A program made the translations under genes and the position numbers. This document shows, piece after piece, positions 57,642 through 64,000 of a stretch of 64,000 nt of DNA (positions are counted from its first letter, which is position 1; each line of letters begins with the position of its first letter). The DNA is from Bacteroidota bacterium (lineage in GTDB: Bacteria > Bacteroidota > Bacteroidia > UBA8524). Where the stretch lies: contig WBUH01000002.1 of the NCBI GenBank assembly GCA_008933805.1, positions 27,443 through 91,442 of the forward strand, given 5' to 3'. Below the pieces are notes generated by a model, which was given only the letters and a program-made list of their open reading frames with translations, did not search any database and had not been told where the DNA came from.

Positions 57642-58324
57642 AAGTAACAGTTTGGCTTATCCTGCTGGTTGGCAGCGCGCAACTTAGTGCCCAACAGCTA
57701 AATATGCCCAACTATTGGTCGAAAAAGAAATTGCATTTCGGCTTTACGTTGGGTGCCAATAATAACGACTTCAAAATCCGTTTGGATAATGAGTTCCTTA
57801 ATATTGATACCCTGCATAGTATTTCGGTTAGGCGTTTCCCAGGATTTGTATTGGGCGGCATTGCCGATTTTAGCTTTGCCGAAAACTTTAACCTGCGTGC
57901 ACTACCCTCAATAGCCTTTGCGCAGCGTAACCTTGTATATAAATTCACCAACTCAAGAAGCAATCGCGAGGTAAAAATCGAATCGGTGTATTTAGAGATA
58001 CCTTTATTAGTAAAATACCGTACCCGCCGTTTTGGCAATTACGGGTTTTATGTAACAGGCGGGTTTAAATACAGCTACGATTTGGCTTCAAACATTGATG
58101 CCCAACGCAGTCTTGCCGACCCCGTGGTGGCAGTTCAGCCGCATACATTCAGCTACGAGTTAGGCGCAGGATTCGATATTTACTTCCCTTTCTTTAAACT
58201 TTCACCCGAGCTAAAACTTACCAACGGCATCAGCAATGCACTGGTAAAAGACGGCTACGTATATACCGAAAGCATGAACGGTTTGTGGAGTCGTATTGTA
58301 AACTTTTCGTTTCACTTTGAATAA
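57614..58324 (+). CDS. PorT/OmpA-like outer-membrane beta-barrel family protein
   Basis: 236 aa. Signal peptide, beta-strand periodicity, and a C-terminal aromatic strand (NFSFHFE). It overlaps the ubiE 3' end by 28 nt. The family assignment is tentative. Confidence 0.5.
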   Translation: MYGLLRHTIKVTVWLILLVGSAQLSAQQLNMPNYWSKKKLHFGFTLGANNNDFKIRLDNEFLNIDTLHSISVRRFPGFVLGGIADFSFAENFNLRALPSIAFAQRNLVYKFTNSRSNREVKIESVYLEIPLLVKYRTRRFGNYGFYVTGGFKYSYDLASNIDAQRSLADPVVAVQPHTFSYELGAGFDIYFPFFKLSPELKLTNGISNALVKDGYVYTESMNGLWSRIVNFSFHFE

Positions 58325-58344
58325 AACTTACTTTTGCCCCTCGC

Positions 58345-59463
58345 ATGAAATTTACAGTACAGGCAGAAGATAAAAACAGCAAAGCCCGCACGGGCGAAGT
58401 AGAAACAGCGCACGGGGTGATACAAACCCCCATTTTTATGCCTGTGGGTACGGCAGGCACCGTAAAAGCAGTTACCCAACACGATTTAAAAGAACACATC
58501 AACGCCCAAATAATATTGGGCAATACCTACCATTTATACTTGCGCCCCGGCACCGATGTTTTAAAACAGGCCGGCGGCTTGCATAAGTTTATTAATTGGG
58601 ACAGACCAATACTTACCGATAGCGGCGGGTATCAGGTATTTTCATTGGCCGATAACCGTAAGCTAACAGAAGAAGGTGCTAAGTTCAAATCGCACATCGA
58701 CGGTAGTATGCACCTGTTTACTCCTGAAGGGGTAATGGACATACAACGCCTGATAGGGGCTGATATAATTATGGCTTTTGATGAGTGTACTCCATACCCT
58801 TGCGAGCCTAAATATGCCAAAAACTCAATGGAGCTTACCCACCGTTGGTTAAAAAGGTGTGTAGACCATTTTAGAGCCACCGACCCTTTGTACGGGTACG
58901 AGCAAACGCTTTTTCCCATTGTGCAGGGCAGTGTGTATGCTGATTTGCGCAAACAATCGGCAGAATACATTGCAAGCATGGATTGCGATGGCAATGCTAT
59001 TGGCGGTCTTTCAGTAGGCGAGCCTGCCGAGATGATGTATGAAATGACGGAGCTGGTATGCGGTATTTTGCCCCGCAGCAAACCCCGTTACCTGATGGGT
59101 GTAGGCACTCCCGCAAACTTGCTTGAATGTATTGCATTGGGCATAGATATGTTTGATTGTGTGATGCCTACCCGCAATGCCCGCAACGGAATGCTATTTA
59201 CTGCCGAAGGCACAATGAACATGCGCAACGAGAAGTGGAAAGAAGATTTTAGCCCCGTTGACGAAACCATTACCCCGCATTTTAGCAAAGCCTACCTGCG
59301 CCATTTGATACACGCGGGCGAAATGTTGGGAGCTATGATAGCCAGTCGCCACAACCTTACTTTTTATCTATGGTTGATGGAACAAGCCCGTCAAAAAATA
59401 AACGAAGGCACTTTTTTTGAGTGGAAACAACAAATGGTTCCAAAATTGCAAAGAAGGCTGTAA
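58345..59463 (+). CDS. tgt: tRNA-guanine transglycosylase (queuine tRNA-ribosyltransferase)
   Basis: 372 aa. TPIFMPVGTAGTVK, DSGGYQV, and a zinc site region typical of Tgt. Confidence 0.9.
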   Translation: MKFTVQAEDKNSKARTGEVETAHGVIQTPIFMPVGTAGTVKAVTQHDLKEHINAQIILGNTYHLYLRPGTDVLKQAGGLHKFINWDRPILTDSGGYQVFSLADNRKLTEEGAKFKSHIDGSMHLFTPEGVMDIQRLIGADIIMAFDECTPYPCEPKYAKNSMELTHRWLKRCVDHFRATDPLYGYEQTLFPIVQGSVYADLRKQSAEYIASMDCDGNAIGGLSVGEPAEMMYEMTELVCGILPRSKPRYLMGVGTPANLLECIALGIDMFDCVMPTRNARNGMLFTAEGTMNMRNEKWKEDFSPVDETITPHFSKAYLRHLIHAGEMLGAMIASRHNLTFYLWLMEQARQKINEGTFFEWKQQMVPKLQRRL

Positions 59464-59504
59464 TAATTTGAATAACGGATAACCAATAACTGATAACCAC
59501 GATA

Positions 59505-60593
59505 GTGTTAACGATAATCGACAGGTACATATTAAAAAAATACTTTACCACCTTTTTCTTTTCATTAGGGTTGGCCATAATGGTATCTATCGTTGTTGAT
59601 ACTTCTGAAAAGATGGACGACTTTATCAGCTCCAAAGTATCCTTTGGGGGGCTGGTGTTTGGGTATTACATTTATTTTGTACCGTATTTTTATAACCTGT
59701 TTAGCCCGCTGTTCACCTTTTTGGCCGTATTGCTTATTACCTCCAAAATGGCTTCCGATTCAGAAATCGTTTCCATACTTGCCAGCGGGGTCAGTTTCAA
59801 ACGGCTTTTACGTCCGTTTCTCATTGGTGCAGCAGTGCTAGCCGTTATCACCTACTTATTAAACTCTTGGGTGATACCCGAAACCGAACAACGGCGCGTT
59901 GATTTTCAGAACCGAGTTCTTAAAGGTCGCAAGCTGGATAACAACTGGAAAAACAACATTCACCGCCAGCTTGAAAAAGGGCAGTTTCTTTACCTTCAAA
60001 CCTATAATAATAAAGACAGCTTCGGTTACCACATGACATTAGACCGTTTTGAGGGGCTTGATTTAAAACAAAAAATTTACGCTGAAAAACTGTACTGGAA
60101 TTCCGAAAGTCAATCGTGGGCCTTGCAGAATTATTTTATCCGTGAGTTTTTACCATCAGGAGATGAGGGTATAAAAAAGGGCGACCAGATGGATATTTCG
60201 ATGAATTTTAATCCGCAGGACGTTTTCAGGCGAAACGATGAAGTGGGCGTACTAAACAACCGCGAAATCAATGAATTTATCGAAGCCGAAAAAATACGCG
60301 GAGCAGAAAACATAGATTTTTATTTGATTGAAAAATACCGCCGCATAGCATTCCCTTTTGCCGGCGTCATACTCACCCTCATCGCCTTTGTAATATCATC
60401 GCGCAAGGTGCGGGGCGGGGTGGGCATCCATCTTGGCTTGGGAGTATTAATAGGGGGCAGCTTTATGCTGTTTAGCCATTTTGGTAACACCTTTGCCACC
60501 TCAGGCGGTTTAGATCCCTTAATTGCAGTATGGATACCCAACCTCTTGTTCTTGATTATCGGGTTGTATATGTACTCAAAAGCACCAAAATAA
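59505..60593 (+). CDS. LptF/LptG (YjgP/YjgQ) family LPS-export permease
   Basis: 362 aa. N-terminal IIDRYILKKY, 6 TM segments, and a periplasmic beta-jellyroll insert. Confidence 0.8.
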   Translation: MLTIIDRYILKKYFTTFFFSLGLAIMVSIVVDTSEKMDDFISSKVSFGGLVFGYYIYFVPYFYNLFSPLFTFLAVLLITSKMASDSEIVSILASGVSFKRLLRPFLIGAAVLAVITYLLNSWVIPETEQRRVDFQNRVLKGRKLDNNWKNNIHRQLEKGQFLYLQTYNNKDSFGYHMTLDRFEGLDLKQKIYAEKLYWNSESQSWALQNYFIREFLPSGDEGIKKGDQMDISMNFNPQDVFRRNDEVGVLNNREINEFIEAEKIRGAENIDFYLIEKYRRIAFPFAGVILTLIAFVISSRKVRGGVGIHLGLGVLIGGSFMLFSHFGNTFATSGGLDPLIAVWIPNLLFLIIGLYMYSKAPK

Positions 60594-60683
60594 CAGGGTT
60601 ATCCACAATTGTGCATGTGTAATATCATAGTTTACAGTAATAATTTTCTTTTATTTTGCCGCAACGTAAAAGCATAGCAGTTT

Positions 60684-61928
60684 ATGGATTTATTTGAGAA
60701 GATAGCAGGTAAGCCCGGTCCGCTGGGCATGTGGTCCGAAGGGGCCGAAGGGTATTATATGTTCCCAAAACTTGAAGGCGAAATCAGTAGCCGCATGATT
60801 TTTAGGGGCAAAACCAAACTTATTTGGAGCTTAAATAACTACTTGGGGCTGGCCAACCACCCCGAAGTGCGCAAAGCCGATGCGGACGCCGCTGCACAAT
60901 TCGGTATGGCCTACCCGATGGGTGCCCGCATGATGAGCGGTAACAGCAACTACCACGAGCAATTGGAGCGTGAGCTTGCAAGCTTTGTAGGGTACGATGA
61001 TGCCATATTGCTAAACTACGGCTACCAAGGTATGGTAAGTGCCATTGACACTTTGGTTGACCGCCACGACGTAATTGTGTACGATGCTGAAAGCCACGCT
61101 TGTATTATCGACGGGGTGCGCCTGCACATGGGCAAACGTTTTGTGTACAACCACAACGATATGGACAGCCTTGAAACCCAGTTGAAACGCGCTACCCGTG
61201 TAGCTGCTGAAAACAACGGAGGTATATTGGTGATTACTGAAGGTGTGTTTGGAATGAGCGGTGCGCAAGGCAACATAAAAGGCATAGTAGCACTGAAAGA
61301 AAAATACAACTTCCGTTTGTTTGTGGATGACGCACACGGTTTCGGCACAATGGGTAAAACCGGCGCAGGGATAGGAGAGGAGCAAGACGTAACCAACGGT
61401 ATCGATATTTATTTCGGAACCTTTGCTAAGAGCATGGCAGGTATCGGTGCATTTATAGGCGGTAACAAAATGGTTGTAAAACACCTGCGCTATAATATGC
61501 GTTCGCAAATATTTGCCAAAAGTTTGCCCATGCCAATGGTTATCGGTGCTTTGAAACGCCTAGAACTGTTGCGCAGCCAACCCGAACACAAAGAGAAACT
61601 GTGGACGATAGTAAACGCATTGCAAAACGGCTTACGTGAACGTGGCTTTAATATTGGTGTAACCTCATCGCCCGTTACCCCCGTAATATTAAACGGAACC
61701 ATACCCGAAGCCACTGCACTTACCCACGATTTACGTGAGAACTACGATATTTTCTGCTCAATAGTAGTATATCCTGTAGTACCCAAAGGAGTTATTTTAT
61801 TACGCTTGATACCTACTGCTGCACACAGCCTTGCTGATGTAGAAGAAACGTTGAAAGCCTTTAGCGAAGTGAAAGAAAAACTGGCGCAAGGCGTTTACAA
61901 CGTCGATAAACTGGTAGCAGTGTACTAA
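60684..61928 (+). CDS. Alpha-oxoamine synthase family PLP enzyme (serine-palmitoyltransferase / 8-amino-7-oxononanoate-synthase-like; candidate sphingolipid or sulfonolipid acyltransferase)
   Basis: 414 aa, class II aminotransferase fold. Matching regions: SLNNYLGLANHP, DDAHGFG, GTFAKSMAG (PLP-Lys region). Confidence 0.8.
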   Translation: MDLFEKIAGKPGPLGMWSEGAEGYYMFPKLEGEISSRMIFRGKTKLIWSLNNYLGLANHPEVRKADADAAAQFGMAYPMGARMMSGNSNYHEQLERELASFVGYDDAILLNYGYQGMVSAIDTLVDRHDVIVYDAESHACIIDGVRLHMGKRFVYNHNDMDSLETQLKRATRVAAENNGGILVITEGVFGMSGAQGNIKGIVALKEKYNFRLFVDDAHGFGTMGKTGAGIGEEQDVTNGIDIYFGTFAKSMAGIGAFIGGNKMVVKHLRYNMRSQIFAKSLPMPMVIGALKRLELLRSQPEHKEKLWTIVNALQNGLRERGFNIGVTSSPVTPVILNGTIPEATALTHDLRENYDIFCSIVVYPVVPKGVILLRLIPTAAHSLADVEETLKAFSEVKEKLAQGVYNVDKLVAVY

Positions 61929-61968
61929 TAGGTATTCCCCCCCAATTTTATAATAAAAAGCCGAAGGC

Positions 61969-62318
61969 AGACTTAAGTCTGCCTTCGGCTTTTTAACTGT
62001 ATAAGCAGCTAACGTTGCGAATGGTTTTAAACCATTCGCAACGAACCCTTGCAAAAGAGACGGGCTTTATGCCCGTCGGGGGTTGGACGGAATAAAGCCC
62101 ATTGTTATTTTGGGTTTAAAAACCCCACTATTACAATTACCAATCGAGAGATGACTTAAGTCCTCTCTCGCATTGTAATCACAAAAGAGACGGATTTTAA
62201 TCCGTCGCAGCAAAAAATACCCTTGCGCTTTAAAAACAACAGATTAAAACCTGTTGAACCGACTGATACAAAACGTTGTCTTGCGTTAAGACATTCCGAA
62301 TGATTTTAAACCATTTGG
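61969..62318. repeat. Intergenic cluster mixing both hairpin families (about 7 hairpins), starting with a bidirectional terminator
   Basis: aaaaagccgaaggcaGACTTAAGTCtgccttcggcttttt at 61965-62005. gcgaatggttttaaaccattcgc at 62037-62059. gacgggctttatgcccgtc at 62079-62097. gggtttaaaaaccc. ttacaattaccaatcgagagatGACTTAAGTCctctctcgcattgtaat at 62151-62199. gacggattttaatccgtc at 62209-62226. ccgaatgattttaaaccatttgg at 62296-62318. Confidence 0.8.
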
Positions 62319-62515
62319 GATGTTGCTGAATTAAACAGCTTACAAGTTTTGTAACCTGCCTCAAATACACTAAGAAGCAAAATAGTTGTTAATAGCGACT
62401 TAGTGTCTTCGTGGCAAAATAGTAAACTCCATCCGTGGACGTTATTTTGACTTTTTAGCCACTCCTTTTAACGTTAAAAAGTAGCAGGTTTCAACCAGTT
62501 GCATAAATTCGTAAC

Positions 62516-63379
62516 GTGAAACAACACATAAAGCAGTACTTTCAATTCAGCAGGCGTGAGCGCAACGGCATATTTGTACTGCTCTTTGTATTAATAGCAC
62601 TAATAATAGTAAGTTTCACCGTACCCCTTTGGGTAGGGACAGATAGGGAAGAGGCAAAGCAACAATTTGAGCAGAACGCCCTTGAACTTAAACAACTGGC
62701 TAATGAACAAGCTACAACCCAACAAAGTTTACTTAAACCCTTCAACCCCAATACCTATAGCTTAGATTCTTTAATGGCCTGCGGTATTCCTAAAAAGCTT
62801 GCTGCACAAATCATCAACTACCGCCAAAAAGTAGGACCGTTTGCCACCAAAGCCGATTTTGCCAAACTGTATAACCTCACCGATAGCTTATACAAAGTGT
62901 ACTTACCGTTTTTGGTATTACCGGATGCAGAAACATCTAAAAGTGAAAAACCAGCCTCACGTGGGTTGGTTGAAATAAACACTGCCGACTCATTGCAGCT
63001 ACTGGCGGTAAAAGGTATCGGCCCTTATTTTGCCCACAAAATCCTGCAATACCGTAATCAACTAGGGGGCTACTATAGTCTTAGCCAATTGGGAGAAGCC
63101 TTTACCATTCCCGTAGCCTCGCTGGCCGAAAAGCAACAACGCATGGATGAAATCAAAGCGCAGCTAACGGTAAATATTTCTCGTATCAAAAAAATAAATA
63201 TTAACACAGCTACCCAAAAGCAGCTGTCCGCACATCCGTATATCAGCTATAAGCAGTCTTCGGCAATACCCAAATACATTGCCCGCTATGGCAAAATAAA
63301 AAGCCTTGACGATTTAACAGTGTTGGGCATCATTACTACCCGCGATGCAGTTCTGCTAAAACATTATGTATCGTTTTAG
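62516..63379 (+). CDS. ComEA-like helix-hairpin-helix DNA-binding protein, membrane-anchored
   Basis: 287 aa with an N-terminal TM segment. Two HhH units: INTADSLQLLAVKGIGPYFAHKIL and INTATQKQLSAHPYISYKQS. Confidence 0.7.
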   Translation: MKQHIKQYFQFSRRERNGIFVLLFVLIALIIVSFTVPLWVGTDREEAKQQFEQNALELKQLANEQATTQQSLLKPFNPNTYSLDSLMACGIPKKLAAQIINYRQKVGPFATKADFAKLYNLTDSLYKVYLPFLVLPDAETSKSEKPASRGLVEINTADSLQLLAVKGIGPYFAHKILQYRNQLGGYYSLSQLGEAFTIPVASLAEKQQRMDEIKAQLTVNISRIKKININTATQKQLSAHPYISYKQSSAIPKYIARYGKIKSLDDLTVLGIITTRDAVLLKHYVSF

Positions 63380-63499
63380 GCGATGTTAAATAGCACAATG
63401 TGTTGCAGTTAGTTTATCGATAATTACACATTGTACATAGCCGGATGGGATAAAATTGAAAATTAGCTTTATTTTTGCCAAAATCGGAAATTGTTTAAA

Positions 63500-64000
63500 A
63501 TGAGTTCAACAGGAGAAATGATAGATACTTCCACAACATTGGGTTTTGCAGAAACCGAGAATATGAAGATGGTGCGCGATATGGTGCGCGATTTTGCCGA
63601 CCGCCATATAAGGCCAAAAATGATGGAATGGGACGAAAGTCAAGAGTTTCCTATCGAGGTTTTTAAACAATTGGGCCAGCTGGGTTTGATGGGCGTTTTA
63701 GTTCCCACAGAATACGGAGGCTCAGGTTTCGGATACTTTGAGTATGCAACCGTAATCAGCGAAATTTCTAAAGTTTGCGGTTCAATAGGTCTTTCGGTAG
63801 CTGCGCACAACTCATTGTGCACCGGCCACATTATGTACTTTGGTTCAGAAGAACAAAAACAAAAATACTTACCAAAACTTGCCACTGCTGAGTGGATTGG
63901 TGCTTGGGGTCTTACCGAGCCCAACACAGGTTCAGATGCATTCCGCATGATGACGGTAGGCGTGCAGGATGGTGATTACTGGGTGATAAACGGTGCAAAA
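63500..64000 (+). CDS. Acyl-CoA dehydrogenase, N-terminal part; gene continues beyond the window end
   Basis: Manual translation from the ATG at 63500 gives MSSTGEMIDTSTTLGFAETENMKMVRDMVRDFADRHIRPKMMEWDESQEFPIEVFKQLGQLGLMGVLVPTEYGGSGFGY...GAWGLTEPNTGSDA, a typical ACAD N-terminus. The minus-strand track ORF at 63640-63948 is antisense to it. Confidence 0.8.
   Translation, partial: MSSTGEMIDTSTTLGFAETENMKMVRDMVRDFADRHIRPKMMEWDESQEFPIEVFKQLGQLGLMGVLVPTEYGGSGFGYFEYATVISEISKVCGSIGLSVAAHNSLCTGHIMYFGSEEQKQKYLPKLATAEWIGAWGLTEPNTGSDAFRMMTVGVQDGDYWVINGAK

Noticed and set aside
62340-62515. Inverted repeat acactaag...cttagtgt upstream of the ComEA-like gene as a possible invertible promoter.
   Set aside because: The arms are only about 8 bp. 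There is no recombinase nearby and no second copy, so this is insufficient.
63640-63948. Minus-strand 102-aa ORF near the window end.
   Set aside because: It is antisense to a clearly conserved acyl-CoA dehydrogenase N-terminus on the plus strand.

Overview
This 64-kb window appears to be chromosomal DNA from a Bacteroidota genome, probably a Flavobacteriia- or Cytophagia-like organism. The evidence is several T9SS C-terminal sorting domains, a UpxY/NusG-like antiterminator, an alternative complex III (ACIII, actABCDEF) operon, POT and OPT peptide transporters, and TAnnTTTG-type -7 promoter motifs. I can support about 53 protein-coding genes and one tRNA. Most of the content is ordinary housekeeping:
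- an RND efflux pair (adaptor plus a partial permease) at the left edge;
- a peptide-utilisation cluster (DPP-IV-like S9 peptidase, two POT permeases, one OPT transporter);
- a UpxY + CapD/WbpM pair;
- the six-gene ACIII operon;
- tRNA-Cys;
- thiL, dut, tdk, a Fe/Mn superoxide dismutase, engB, ubiE, tgt, an LptF/G permease, an alpha-oxoamine synthase and a ComEA-like protein;
- a 2078-aa alpha-2-macroglobulin-like thioester protein.

The most unusual part is a gene-poor ~3.3-kb island at 50.5-53.8 kb. It holds three AT-rich small membrane-protein ORFs, all on the minus strand. Each is led by the same modular GC-rich repeat: a ~48-bp imperfect hairpin (U1), a ~125-bp GC-rich palindromic module (U2), and a ~70-bp tail (T) carrying a promoter-like motif. 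The U2-U1 unit varies in copy number from 0 to 2. The island sits next to a T9SS-secreted protein gene and is bounded on the other side by a cluster of GGGACA direct and inverted repeats. This layout resembles an integron or orphan-immunity gene-cassette array, but no recombinase is present in the window.

Two families of short covarying hairpin repeats (REP/BIME-like) are scattered through intergenic regions. One has a GG-TTTYAHA-CC stem-loop core. The other has a GACTTAAGTC core flanked by TTACAA/TTGTAA.

All calls rest on reading the sequence and on motif recognition from memory; no database searches were possible.
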